The notes under the pieces: model-generated
The model's database searches: none
What the model saw: the letters and a program-made list of their open reading frames with translations, nothing else
Told to the model about the DNA's origin: nothing
In this document: positions 26,681-36,446 of the stretch, one piece after another
Numbering within the stretch: the stretch's first letter is position 1
How the letters are laid out: every line of letters begins with the position of its first letter
Source: Holophagales bacterium
GTDB lineage: Bacteria; Acidobacteriota; Thermoanaerobaculia; UBA5066
DNA length: 64,000 nt
Reading direction: 5' to 3'
NCBI GenBank assembly: GCA_016719485.1
Contig: JADJZB010000002.1
Location: 262,346-326,345 of the forward strand
Program-made: the position numbers and the translations under genes

Positions 26681-28566
26681 AGGACTTCGCCCGCCTCGCG
26701 CGCCTCTTCCGTCCGCACGCGAGGGCCGCGCTCGTCGCGGTCCTCGCGATGATCGGCGTCGCCCTCTTCACCACGCTCGTCGCCTACCTCTTCGGCCCGC
26801 TCTTCGACCAGGTCCTGTCGCCCGGGCAGGGAGAGGTGGTGAAGCAGGGGCTCGCGGCCGATCCCGCGGCGCGAGGGCTCGGGAAAGCGCTCGCCGCGAC
26901 CGAGGAGGCGAGGAAGACCACCGTCATCCGCTGGCTGGACGACGGCCTCCTCGACCTCCAGAGAGCCGCCGGAGTCACGGAGGAGAACAGGGGCGTCGCC
27001 CTGCCGCTGCTTCTCCTCGTGGCGTTCCTGCTGAAGAACCTCTGTGCCTTCGCGGCGGAGTACCGTTTCAACGCCGTCGGGCTCGCGTTCGTGAGGGACG
27101 TCCGCCGACTCGTCTACGAGCGCCTCCTCGGGCAGTCGGGCGCCTTCCACGCGAAGAACCCGTCGGGGGACCTGATATCGCGGGTGACGGGAGACGTGGA
27201 CCGGATTCAGGGCCTGTTCGGTACGGACCTCGCGGACCTCGTCCAGTCCGTTGCGACGCTCGGCGGCCTCTCGGTTCTCGTCGTCTCCCGCTCCCCGGAG
27301 CTGACGCTCATCGCCCTCGTCGTCGCCCCCGCGATCGTCGTGCCGGTCGTCCTGATCGCGAATCGTCTCCGGCGGATATCGAAAGCGGGTCGTGAACGAA
27401 TGGGCGACCTGACGGGCGTCCTCTCGGAGACTCTCCGCGGCCACAGGGTCGTCCAGGCCTATGGCGCCGAGCGGTACGAGGCCGACCGGTTCGGCGAGGT
27501 GAACGAGCGGACGTTCCGCCTCCTCCGGAAGGGCGCGGGGGTGATGGCGCTCTCCTCGCCCCTCGTCGAGACCGCGTCGGTCCTCGCATTCATCGTCCTC
27601 CTCGGCTACGCCGGGAAGCGGATCGAGGCCGGGACGATGACGCTCGGCGCGTTCATCTCTTTCGGGGTCGGGCTGGTGATGATGTACCAGCCGTTCAAGC
27701 GGGCCACCCGGATCAACCTCGCGCTCCAGCAGGCGCTCGCCTCGGCGCGGCGCCTCTTCGAGGTCCTCGACGCGCCCGTCCTGGTCGTCGACCGGACGGG
27801 CGCGACTCCGCTGGCGCCGTTCGAGAGCGGAATCCGTTTCGAAGGCGTGTCGTTCTCCTACCCGGGAGGCCCCGACGTTCTCTCGGACGTCGACCTCGAC
27901 GTCCCGCGCGGTTCGGTCACCGCGCTCGTCGGCCCTTCGGGAGCGGGAAAGACCACCCTGGCGAACCTCCTGCCCCGTTTCATGGACGTGACCGCGGGGA
28001 GGATCGCCATCGACGGCGTCGACATCCGCGACGTGACGCTCGTCTCGCTACGCGGAGCAATGGCCCTCGTGACGCAGGACGTCGTTCTCTTCGACGACAC
28101 GGTGCGCAGGAACGTCGCGTATGGACGGGAAGGCGTGCCGGAGGAGCGGATACGGGCGGCTCTCGCCGCCGCGAACGCGGAGGAGTTCGTCGACGCCCTG
28201 CCGGATGGGCTCGACACGCGGGTCGGCGAAGCGGGCGGACGCCTCTCGGGGGGACAGCGGCAGCGCCTCGCCATCGCACGGGCGCTCCTGAAGGACCCGC
28301 CGATCCTGATTCTCGACGAGGCCACCTCCGCCCTCGACACCGAGAGCGAGCGCGCGGTGCAGGACGCCCTCGAGCGGCTCATGGCGGGGCGTACGACGCT
28401 CGTCATCGCCCACCGTCTCTCGACGGTGCGGCGCGCCGACCAGATCGTCGTTCTCGAACGCGGCCGGCTCGTCGAGCGCGGCCGGCACGCCGAGCTCCTG
28501 GCGCTCGGAGGCGTCTACCGGAGGCTCCACGACCTGGCGGCCTTCGAAGAGGAGAAACCCACGTGA
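26677..28566 (+). CDS. msbA: Lipid A / lipid export ABC transporter (fused permease + ATPase, MsbA-like).
   Basis: Six-TM ABC exporter domain followed by Walker A (GPSGAGKTT), signature (LSGGQRQRLAIARAL), Walker B (ILILDEATSALD) and the H-loop. GTGA overlap with lpxB. Confidence 0.85.
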   Translation: MKDFARLARLFRPHARAALVAVLAMIGVALFTTLVAYLFGPLFDQVLSPGQGEVVKQGLAADPAARGLGKALAATEEARKTTVIRWLDDGLLDLQRAAGVTEENRGVALPLLLLVAFLLKNLCAFAAEYRFNAVGLAFVRDVRRLVYERLLGQSGAFHAKNPSGDLISRVTGDVDRIQGLFGTDLADLVQSVATLGGLSVLVVSRSPELTLIALVVAPAIVVPVVLIANRLRRISKAGRERMGDLTGVLSETLRGHRVVQAYGAERYEADRFGEVNERTFRLLRKGAGVMALSSPLVETASVLAFIVLLGYAGKRIEAGTMTLGAFISFGVGLVMMYQPFKRATRINLALQQALASARRLFEVLDAPVLVVDRTGATPLAPFESGIRFEGVSFSYPGGPDVLSDVDLDVPRGSVTALVGPSGAGKTTLANLLPRFMDVTAGRIAIDGVDIRDVTLVSLRGAMALVTQDVVLFDDTVRRNVAYGREGVPEERIRAALAAANAEEFVDALPDGLDTRVGEAGGRLSGGQRQRLAIARALLKDPPILILDEATSALDTESERAVQDALERLMAGRTTLVIAHRLSTVRRADQIVVLERGRLVERGRHAELLALGGVYRRLHDLAAFEEEKPT

Positions 28567-29432
28567 AGTCGATGACCGGTTTCGGGCGCGCGCAGGCGGC
28601 CCTCCCCGACGGGACGCAGATCTCGATCACCGTCCGCGGCGTCAACCACCGCTTTCTCGACCTGTCGCTGAAGATGCGCGACGACCTCGGCGCGCTCGAG
28701 GCGCCCTTGCGCAAGCTCGTCTCCACGGCCGTCGTCAGGGGTCACGTCGACCTCTCCGTCCGGGTCTTCCGGCCGGCGGGTGGAGCGGTCAGCATCGACG
28801 GGACGACGGCGGGGCGGTACGCCCAGGAGTGGAGGCGGCTCGCGGAAGAGAACGGCCTTCCCGCGGATCTGTCGGCGCGCGACATCCTCTCGCTGCCGGG
28901 CGTCGTCCGCGTCGCCGAGGACGAGGCGGGGGAGTCTCTCGGAGCCGCGATCCTCGAGGCGACTCGCACCGCGCTCGAGGACTTCGACGCATCCCGCCGC
29001 CGCGAGGGCGCGGCGACCGCGGCGGCCCTCGGCGTGGTGCTCGAGCGGCTCGAGGCCGGCATCGCGAGCGTGGCCGAAGCGCGAGAGGGACTGTCCGAGA
29101 GGCTCCTGGCGCAGCTGCGCGAGAGGGTCGCAAGGCTCGCCGCCGGCATCCCGCTGGACGAGACGCGCCTGGCGCAGGAAGTGGCCCTCCTGGCCGACCG
29201 CGCCGACATCACCGAGGAGATCGACCGGTTCCGCGCGCACCTCGTGGAAGCGAGGCGCCTGATGGACGGCGCTCCTGCCGCGGGAAAGCGGCTCGACGTC
29301 CTCGCCCAGGAGCTCCATCGCGAGGCGAACACGAGCAGCCAGAAGGCGCGGGAGCTCCCTCTCACGCGCGTCCTCCTCGACCTGAAGTCGGACGTGGAGG
29401 CGCTCAAGGAACAGATCCAGAACGTGGAGTGA
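28563..29432 (+). CDS. yicC: YicC-family stress-induced protein (DUF1732).
   Basis: MKSMTGFGRAQ... is the characteristic YicC N-terminus, with the C-terminal DUF1732 region (HREANTSSQKA). In the conserved yicC-gmk-rpoZ context. Confidence 0.85.
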   Translation: MKSMTGFGRAQAALPDGTQISITVRGVNHRFLDLSLKMRDDLGALEAPLRKLVSTAVVRGHVDLSVRVFRPAGGAVSIDGTTAGRYAQEWRRLAEENGLPADLSARDILSLPGVVRVAEDEAGESLGAAILEATRTALEDFDASRRREGAATAAALGVVLERLEAGIASVAEAREGLSERLLAQLRERVARLAAGIPLDETRLAQEVALLADRADITEEIDRFRAHLVEARRLMDGAPAAGKRLDVLAQELHREANTSSQKARELPLTRVLLDLKSDVEALKEQIQNVE

Positions 29433-29434
29433 GC

Positions 29435-30061
29435 GTGAGACCCGCAGGAGACCTCTTCATCGTCTCGTCCCCCTCGGGAGCCGGAAAGACGACGCTCATC
29501 CGGCGGATCCTGGCCGACCCCGCCTTCGCCGGATCGATCCACTTCTCCGTCTCCCACACGACGCGCGCGCCGAGACCCGGCGAGGTCCACGGCCGCGAAT
29601 ACCACTTCGTTTCGCCGGAGGAGTTCGAATCGCTCGTCTTGCGGGACGGGTTCCTCGAGCACGCCGTCTACGACGGACACCGCTACGGCACGTCGCGCGG
29701 AGAGGTCGAACCCCGCCTGGCCGCCGGCATCGACGTCCTCCTCGACATCGACGTCCAGGGGGCGCGCCAGGTCCGCTCCCGCATGCCGGAGGTCGTCAAG
29801 GTCTTCGTCTTTCCGCCGTCGCGGCAGGTGCTCGAAGCGCGACTCGAGGCCCGGGGCCACAACTCGCCCGACTCCATCGTCCGGCGCCTGGAGGCGGCCG
29901 CCCGGGAGATGGGGGAGTTCGGCGAATACGACTATGCGATAATCAACGATGTCCTCGACGCGGCCGTGGACGAACTGCGGTCCATAGTCGTGGCGCGCCG
30001 GTCGAGCCGCCGGAGACGGCAGGAACGCCTCGAGGCGATCCTGAGAACCTTTCCCGCGTGA
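29435..30061 (+). CDS. gmk: Guanylate kinase.
   Basis: P-loop (SSPSGAGKTTL), SVSHTTRAPRPGEVHGREYHFVS, and a GMP-binding region. GTG start. Confidence 0.9.
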   Translation: MRPAGDLFIVSSPSGAGKTTLIRRILADPAFAGSIHFSVSHTTRAPRPGEVHGREYHFVSPEEFESLVLRDGFLEHAVYDGHRYGTSRGEVEPRLAAGIDVLLDIDVQGARQVRSRMPEVVKVFVFPPSRQVLEARLEARGHNSPDSIVRRLEAAAREMGEFGEYDYAIINDVLDAAVDELRSIVVARRSSRRRRQERLEAILRTFPA

Positions 30062-30089
30062 TGCGAACGACCTGCGAACGGGAGACCTG

Positions 30090-30392
30090 ATGACGAACGA
30101 AGAGCCCGGAGCCGACACGATGACCGAATCCGCCGAGACGACCCCGAGCACGCCCCTGATCGAGTCGAAGTTCCGGCTCGTTCACATCGCCTCGCGGCGC
30201 GCCGAGCAGCTGATGCTGGGCGCCCGCCCGAAGCTCGAGACGAAGCACACGAAGTTCTCGCGCATCGCGCTCGCCGAGGTCGCAGGGGGTCTCGTGAAGT
30301 GGCAGATGGGCCAGCGACCCGTCGAGTCCGACGTCGACGTGGAGGGCGTGCCGGCCGAGATGGTCGACCCGCTCCCCCTCATCACGCCGTAG
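30090..30392 (+). CDS. rpoZ: DNA-directed RNA polymerase subunit omega.
   Basis: KFRLVHIASRRAEQLMLGARPKLE...KFSRIALAEVAGGLV matches the RpoZ core. Located between gmk and coaBC, its conserved position. Confidence 0.7.
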   Translation: MTNEEPGADTMTESAETTPSTPLIESKFRLVHIASRRAEQLMLGARPKLETKHTKFSRIALAEVAGGLVKWQMGQRPVESDVDVEGVPAEMVDPLPLITP

Positions 30393-30401
30393 CGCAGCGG
30401 C

Positions 30402-31655
30402 GTGAGCGGAGGCGCCTCACCGGCCCCGCGCGTCCTGCTCGGCGTCAGCGGTGGCATCGCGGCCTACAAGGCCGCCGAGATCGTCCGTCTCCTGGTAGAC
30501 CGGGGGGCGGGCGTTCGTGTCCTGATGACGCCTGCCGCCCAGCGTTTCATCACACCTCTCACGCTCTCGGTCCTCTCCAAAGCGCCCGTCGTCGCCGATC
30601 TCTGGGACCCGGCCTCCGGCGCCGTGGACCACATCGAGCTGGCGCGCTGGGGGGAGGTCCTCGCGGTGGCGCCCGCGACGGCGGATGTCCTCGCGAAGAT
30701 GGCCCGCGGGATCGGTGACGAGGCACTCTCGACCTACGCCCTGGCCCATCGCAAGGCGATCGTCGTCGCGCCCGCGATGAACACCTGGATGCTGGCCCAT
30801 CCCGCGACGCAGGAGAACCTCCGGATCCTCCGGGGGCGCGGCGCGGTCGTCGTGGACCCGGAATCGGGAGACCTCGCCTGTGGCGACGTCGGTCCGGGCA
30901 GGATGGCGGCCCCGCCCAGAATCGTCGAGGCCGTCCTGGGCGCTTCGAGGGTCTCGCGGAGCCTCGCCGGACGCCGGATCGTCGTCACCGCCGGCCCGAC
31001 GCGAGAGCCGATCGACCCGGTCCGGTTCCTGACGAACCGCAGCTCCGGGCGGATGGGCTTCGCCCTCGCGCGCGAGGCCGAGAAGCGGGGCGCCGAAGTC
31101 GTACTCGTCTCGGGTCCCGTCTCGATCGATCCACCGCCGAACGTGCGGCTCGTGCGGGTCGAAAGGACGGCGGAGATGCTCGAAGCGGTCCTCGCCGAGA
31201 TGCCGTCCGCGGACGCCCTCGTCATGGCCGCCGCGCCCGCCGACTTCCAGGCCGAGGCGTTCGCGCCCAGGAAGATCAAGAGGGCCGGCGGGATCCCGGA
31301 GATCCGCCTGGTGCTGGCCCCCGACATCCTCGCCGCCGTGCGGCAGGTCCGGACCGCCCGACAGGTGGTCGTGGCCTTCGCGGCCGAAACGGACGACCTT
31401 GCCGGGAACGCCCGCCGCAAGCTCCTCGACAAGGGGGCCGACCTCCTCGTCGCCAACGACGTCTCCCGTCCCGGGATCGGGTTCGACAGCGAGGAGAACG
31501 AGGTTCTCCTCCTGGCCCCCGGCGAATCGGACCCGGTTCCCGTCCCCCGCGCGGCCAAGGCCGTCGTCTCCGCGCGCATACTCGAGCGCCTCGCCGCGCT
31601 CCTCGACGAACGATGCCCACACGTACCCGCCGACCACGCCGAAACGACGCCCTGA
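30402..31655 (+). CDS. coaBC: Bifunctional phosphopantothenoylcysteine decarboxylase / phosphopantothenate--cysteine ligase.
   Basis: Flavoprotein N-terminal domain (VLLGVSGGIAAYKAAEIVRLL) and a C-terminal DFP/CoaB domain (RIVVTAGPTREPIDPVRFLTNRSSGRMG). 417 aa. Confidence 0.9.
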   Translation: MSGGASPAPRVLLGVSGGIAAYKAAEIVRLLVDRGAGVRVLMTPAAQRFITPLTLSVLSKAPVVADLWDPASGAVDHIELARWGEVLAVAPATADVLAKMARGIGDEALSTYALAHRKAIVVAPAMNTWMLAHPATQENLRILRGRGAVVVDPESGDLACGDVGPGRMAAPPRIVEAVLGASRVSRSLAGRRIVVTAGPTREPIDPVRFLTNRSSGRMGFALAREAEKRGAEVVLVSGPVSIDPPPNVRLVRVERTAEMLEAVLAEMPSADALVMAAAPADFQAEAFAPRKIKRAGGIPEIRLVLAPDILAAVRQVRTARQVVVAFAAETDDLAGNARRKLLDKGADLLVANDVSRPGIGFDSEENEVLLLAPGESDPVPVPRAAKAVVSARILERLAALLDERCPHVPADHAETTP

Positions 31656-32419
31656 GCGCTGCCCTCGGGTACTTCAGGGACCTGGGCGTACGGGAGATCC
31701 ACCTTCCGGGTCATCCTGAGGCACGAGTGCGAGACGACGGGGGCTCGCGCGCCGCGGCCGGTCCGCCGCGGGAACCTCGTGGGGTGGCGCCGCGCCCTGC
31801 CGTCGATGCGGGCGGCTCGCAGGACGGCCCCTCCTTCGCGAGCCTCACATCGATTCAGACCGCCGTCGCCGCGTGCCAGCTTTGTGGGCTCTGCCGGACC
31901 CGAACGCAGACCGTCTTCGCGGACGGAACGGGACGGAGCCGGCTGATGTTCGTGGGCGAAGCTCCCGGCGCCGACGAAGACGCCACCGGTGTCCCGTTCG
32001 TCGGCCGGGCCGGGCAGCTCCTGACGAAGATGATCGAGTCCGGCATGGGGCTCTCGCGGAGCGACGTCTACATCGCGAACGTGCTGAAGTGCCGGCCGCC
32101 CGGGAACCGGAATCCGGAGCCTGCGGAGATCGCGAGCTGCCGGCCATACCTCGAGGCGCAGATCGAGCTCGTGAAGCCGTCGGTGCTGGTGGCACTGGGG
32201 AAGTTCGCTTCCCAGTTCCTGCTCGCGACCGATGAGCCGATCAGCAGGCTTCGGGGGCGATGGGGCAGCCGGGGTGGAATTCCCGTGATGCCGACCTACC
32301 ACCCGTCCTTCCTCCTGCGCCAGCCGGAGAAGAAGAAGGAAGCGTGGGAAGACCTGCAGCAGGTCCTGCGCAAGCTGGGCCTCCCGATTCCCGGAAAACG
32401 GGGAGAACCGGGCGCGTGA
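31613..32419 (+). CDS. Uracil-DNA glycosylase, family 4 type. The start is uncertain; the called ATG overlaps coaBC by 43 nt.
   Basis: Family-4 UDG motifs: CQLCGLCRTRTQTVFADG, MFVGEAPGADED, PFVGRAGQLL, and the HPS motif (YHPSFLLR). Confidence 0.75.
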   Translation: MPTRTRRPRRNDALSAALGYFRDLGVREIHLPGHPEARVRDDGGSRAAAGPPREPRGVAPRPAVDAGGSQDGPSFASLTSIQTAVAACQLCGLCRTRTQTVFADGTGRSRLMFVGEAPGADEDATGVPFVGRAGQLLTKMIESGMGLSRSDVYIANVLKCRPPGNRNPEPAEIASCRPYLEAQIELVKPSVLVALGKFASQFLLATDEPISRLRGRWGSRGGIPVMPTYHPSFLLRQPEKKKEAWEDLQQVLRKLGLPIPGKRGEPGA

Positions 32420-33033
32420 GCGCCCGCGGCTTTCTCGGCCCGCTGATCGTCGGCGCTTTTGCCGCTTTCGGCACCGTCCTCGCCATCGCGCCCCCGCCCG
32501 GTTCGAGGGCCGTTGCCGCACTTCCCGCGGAACCGACGGCAGGCCCCGTCGGTTCCGGACGGACATCCGCCGAGGAGCGGGCCGTGTCGGCAGCGCTCGG
32601 CTCCGGGCTGCGCCCCGCGACCGACGACGACGCGACGGATTCGGAGAGCCGGGAGGAGCTGCGGATCCTGTACGGCGACTACCGTCCGTACTTCGTCCGG
32701 GGTGATTTCGACTCCGACGGACGTCTCGACTTCGCACAGGCTTTCGTCCGCCGGGATGGCCCCGAGCCGCTCTTCGACATCGCGGTGTTCTTCGGCAACG
32801 CCGAGGGGTTCTCGGCCCCCGCCTGGGTCGAGCGCGGGCTCCTGCTCTCGGATGGCGACCTGACGGTCGACCGATCCGTTCTCGTCGTGACGGAAGACGT
32901 CGAACGCGAGGTGTCCCGGCGCTGGCGGTGGCAGGCCTCCGAAGGCCGATTCCTCGACGTCGACGCCGGAAGCGAAGGCGAAGAAGGCGAACCCTGGACC
33001 GAGCCGGACAACCGGCTGGGCACGACGGCCTGA
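32416..33033 (+). CDS. Hypothetical secreted or lipoprotein-like protein.
   Basis: 205 aa. N-terminal hydrophobic signal-like segment (FLGPLIVGAFAAFGTVLAIAPPPG). Good coding periodicity. GTG overlapping the UDG stop. Confidence 0.45.
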   Translation: MSARGFLGPLIVGAFAAFGTVLAIAPPPGSRAVAALPAEPTAGPVGSGRTSAEERAVSAALGSGLRPATDDDATDSESREELRILYGDYRPYFVRGDFDSDGRLDFAQAFVRRDGPEPLFDIAVFFGNAEGFSAPAWVERGLLLSDGDLTVDRSVLVVTEDVEREVSRRWRWQASEGRFLDVDAGSEGEEGEPWTEPDNRLGTTA

Positions 33034-33037
33034 CGCC

Positions 33038-35449
33038 GTGGCTCCGGACGAGACCGCCCGGCGCGTCGCGGTCCTCCTTCCGACCGGGTTCCCCCAGCTC
33101 GCAACGTACCGGATTCCCGCGGACCTCGAGCGGCCCGCGCCCGGTACCCGCGTCGCAGTGCCGTTCGGTACGCGCATCCTGACGGGGCTCGTCGCGCCCG
33201 GCGAGGCGGTCCCGGCGCCGGACGGAACGACCGAGAGGGACGTGCTGTCGATCCTCGACGAACGGCCTTTCCTGCCGGCGTCGTTCGTCGGCCTCCTGCT
33301 GCGGGCCTCGGCCTACTACTTCGCCCCTCCGGGAGAGCTCCTGCGGGCGGCCGTCCCCTCCCGGCTCCTCGACCTCGGGGAGGCCTCGTACGTCCCGACG
33401 AGCCGATCGGTCGGTGCCCGGCCCCGGGAGGGCAGGTCCGCAGAGATTCTGGATGCCATCGTGGAGCTCGGCCGGGCCACGCAGCAAGAGCTCTCGGACC
33501 GGCTCGGAAGCCGCGGTCTCGCCCGGGCGCTCCGGGCTCTCCTGGACGAGGGCCTCGTCAGGGTCCCGTCAGAGGAGATGCGGGCTGCGAGACCTCCCCT
33601 CACGAAGAGCTGGCTCGCGCGGGGGGCCGTCTCAGATCCGCGCCTCGCGCGCCGGCCGAAGCAGAGGAACGCCCTCGCGCATCTCGTCGCGCTCGGCCGG
33701 CCGGCATCCGCCGCCGAGCTTCGCGCCGCCGGCGCGACCCCCTCGGTCCTGACGGCCCTCGTGAAGGAAGGCCTCGTCGCGGTCGTCGAAGAGGAGCGAT
33801 CCGCCGACGCTTCCGTCCACGCGCTTCCTCCGCGGGCGTCCGTCCCCGTCGTTCCGACCGTCGCGCAGAGAGATGCCGTCGAAGCGGTGAGGGCGGCGCT
33901 GGCGAGCGGCGTGGAGGCCCGGTTCCTCCTCGACGGAATCACGGGAAGCGGAAAAACGGAGGTCTACCTCGCCGCGCTCGAGGCGTCGATCGCCCTCGGA
34001 CGGCAGGGAATCCTCCTCGTCCCTGAGATCGCCCTCGCGCCCGGGCTCATCCGGAGGGTCGTGGCCCGCTTCGGCGAGCGGGTCGCCCTCCTCCACAGCG
34101 GCCTTTCCGACGGCGAACGCTCCGCGGCCTGGGAACGCACCCGCCGCGGAGAGGTCGACGCCGTGGTCGGGCCGCGCTCGGCCGTCTTCGCGCCCCTCCC
34201 GCACCTCGGACTCATCGTGATCGACGAGTCCCACGACGCGTCGTACAAGCAGGCCGAAGCGCCCAGGTACGACGCGCGGACGGTCGCCCGCGTCCGGTCC
34301 CACGGCGAGTCGGCCGTCCTCCTCCTCGGGTCGGCAACACCCTCCATGGAGCAGGAACAAGCGGCTCGCGACGGGGGCCTCGTCCGGCTCGTCCTTCCCG
34401 GGCGTCCCACCGCGCGAGGCCGCGCAGACGTCGAAGTCGTCGACCTTCGCGGCGAGCCGGCCCGTCCCGGGGACCACGGCCGCGTCCTCTTCGCCCTGCG
34501 CACGATCGAGCTGTTGCAGGGGGCCTTCGACAGGGGAGAGCAGGGGATCGTCCTCCTGAACCGCCGCGGCTTCTCCCCGTCGCTGCTCTGCCGGGCCTGC
34601 GGGCACGACTTCCGCTGCGGCTCGTGCTCGGTGGCGCGGACGTACCACCGCCGCGGAGAGAGGCTCCTCTGCCACTACTGCGGCGACTTCGTCCCGCGCC
34701 CCAGGGCCTGCCCGGCGTGCGGCTCCGAGGTCCTGATGCCGGTCGGCTTCGGAACCGAGCGCCTGGCGGAGCGATTCGAGGAGGTCTTCCCCGGCATTCC
34801 CTACGCCGTTCTCGACCGCGACGCCGCGGCGCGACGCGGTGGAGCGGCCCGGGTCCTCGCCGATTTCGAATCGGGATCGGCCCAGGCACTCCTCGGGACG
34901 CAGATGGTGGCGAAGGGCCACGACTTCCCGAACGCGACGGTTCTGGCGGTCCTCGACGCGGACGCGCTTCTCTCGTTTCCCGACTTCCGCTCGGCCGAAC
35001 GTACGTTCCAGCTCGTCACCCAGGCGGCCGGTCGCGTCGGTCGAGGAGACAGGCCCGGAATCGTCGCGGTCCAGACGGCGCGCCCGGAGCACGAGGCCAT
35101 CGCGGCGGCCGTGGCGCAGGACCACGCCCGTTTCGCGGAGGGGGAGCTTCGCTTCCGCCGGACCTTCGGCTACCCGCCTTTCTCCCACCTCCTGCTCGCG
35201 CTCTGGACGGCCAGGGAGCTTCCCGAGGCGGAAGCGGCCGCCCGGACGGGACGGACGGCCATCGGTCTGCTGCCCCGTCTGCGTCTCCTCGGGCCCGCGC
35301 CGGCGCCGCTGGAGAGGCTCAAAGGCCTCTATCGCGTCCAGCTCCTGATCAAGTCCGACTCGCGCGAGGCGCTCGCCGAGGCGGGGGAAAGGCTCCGTGA
35401 GCTCGACGCCCCACCTCGCCTGGATCGCGACCCGCAGAGTCTCCTGTGA
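33038..35449 (+). CDS. priA: Primosomal protein N' (replication restart helicase PriA).
   Basis: 3'BD N-terminus, helicase motifs (LLDGITGSGKTEVY, VIDESHD), and the Cys-rich zinc region (CRACGHDFRCGSCS...CHYCG...CPACGS). Confidence 0.9.
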   Translation: MAPDETARRVAVLLPTGFPQLATYRIPADLERPAPGTRVAVPFGTRILTGLVAPGEAVPAPDGTTERDVLSILDERPFLPASFVGLLLRASAYYFAPPGELLRAAVPSRLLDLGEASYVPTSRSVGARPREGRSAEILDAIVELGRATQQELSDRLGSRGLARALRALLDEGLVRVPSEEMRAARPPLTKSWLARGAVSDPRLARRPKQRNALAHLVALGRPASAAELRAAGATPSVLTALVKEGLVAVVEEERSADASVHALPPRASVPVVPTVAQRDAVEAVRAALASGVEARFLLDGITGSGKTEVYLAALEASIALGRQGILLVPEIALAPGLIRRVVARFGERVALLHSGLSDGERSAAWERTRRGEVDAVVGPRSAVFAPLPHLGLIVIDESHDASYKQAEAPRYDARTVARVRSHGESAVLLLGSATPSMEQEQAARDGGLVRLVLPGRPTARGRADVEVVDLRGEPARPGDHGRVLFALRTIELLQGAFDRGEQGIVLLNRRGFSPSLLCRACGHDFRCGSCSVARTYHRRGERLLCHYCGDFVPRPRACPACGSEVLMPVGFGTERLAERFEEVFPGIPYAVLDRDAAARRGGAARVLADFESGSAQALLGTQMVAKGHDFPNATVLAVLDADALLSFPDFRSAERTFQLVTQAAGRVGRGDRPGIVAVQTARPEHEAIAAAVAQDHARFAEGELRFRRTFGYPPFSHLLLALWTARELPEAEAAARTGRTAIGLLPRLRLLGPAPAPLERLKGLYRVQLLIKSDSREALAEAGERLRELDAPPRLDRDPQSLL

Positions 35450-35483
35450 GTGCCGGAGTCCCCCGGTCTGGTACATTCCGGGG

Positions 35484-36446
35484 GTGAGCGTCGAGAACCG
35501 CTTCGAGGAGCCGCTGGAGCGGCTGAGGACGCGCATCGCCGGCCTTGAACGGAATCCCGAGAGTCCTGCGCGGGACAAGGCGATCCGCAAGCTCACGGAA
35601 CGGCTCGACAAGCTCTCGGGCGAGATCTACGCCAACCTGACGCCCTGGCAGAAGACACTCGTGGCGCGCCACCCGGCACGTCCCTTCACGCTCGACTACG
35701 TCCGGATTCTGCTGAGGGACTTCGTCGAGCTCCATGGAGACCGCGCCTACGCCGACGACCCGGCGATCGTCGCCGGCTTCGGTGTCCTCGGCGAGAGAAC
35801 GGTCGCCGTCGTCGGACACCAGAAGGGGCGCGACACGAAGGAGAAGATCCGCCGGAACTTCGGGATGCCGCGGCCCGAGGGCTATCGGAAGGCCCTTCGC
35901 GTCATGAAGCTCGCGGAGAAGTTCCGCCGCCCCGTCCTCACCTTCATCGACACCCCAGGCGCGTATCCCGGCATCGAGAGCGAGGAGCGCGGTGTCTCGG
36001 AAGCGATCGCCGTGAACCTCCTCGAGATGTCCCGCCTCGGGGTCCCGATCGTCGCTACGGTGACCGGGGAAGGGGGCTCGGGTGGTGCTCTCGGGATCGG
36101 CGTGACCGACGTCATCCTGATGCTGGAGCACTCGGTCTACTCGGTCATCTCTCCCGAGGGCTGTGCCGCGATCCTCTGGAAGGATCAGGCTCGGGCACGC
36201 GAAGCGGCGGAGGCGATGCGCATGACCGCTGCCGACTGCAAGGCACTGGGCGTTGCCGACGAGGTGATCCCGGAGCCGGCCGGCGGCGCCCACTCGAACC
36301 CCGTCGCAACGATCGACGCGGTCGGACGCGCCCTCGTGCGCCACCTCGACCGCCTCTCGTCGCTCCCGATCGACGCCCTCCTCGAAGCCCGCTACGCGAA
36401 GTTTCGCCGCATGGGGGCCTGGGAGGGGACCGCGGCCACCCGGTGA
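35484..36446 (+). CDS. accA: Acetyl-CoA carboxylase carboxyltransferase subunit alpha.
   Basis: HPARPFTLDYV..., GFGVLGERTVAVVGHQKGRDTKEKIRRNFGMPRPEGYRKALR, and TFIDTPGAYPGIESEERG are the canonical AccA motifs. GTG start. Confidence 0.9.
   Translation: MSVENRFEEPLERLRTRIAGLERNPESPARDKAIRKLTERLDKLSGEIYANLTPWQKTLVARHPARPFTLDYVRILLRDFVELHGDRAYADDPAIVAGFGVLGERTVAVVGHQKGRDTKEKIRRNFGMPRPEGYRKALRVMKLAEKFRRPVLTFIDTPGAYPGIESEERGVSEAIAVNLLEMSRLGVPIVATVTGEGGSGGALGIGVTDVILMLEHSVYSVISPEGCAAILWKDQARAREAAEAMRMTAADCKALGVADEVIPEPAGGAHSNPVATIDAVGRALVRHLDRLSSLPIDALLEARYAKFRRMGAWEGTAATR

Noticed and set aside
30734-35611. Long minus-strand ORFs (30734..33487, 33632..35611).
   Set aside because: They are antisense to coaBC, UDG and priA. 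There are no recognisable motifs, so they are considered non-coding.
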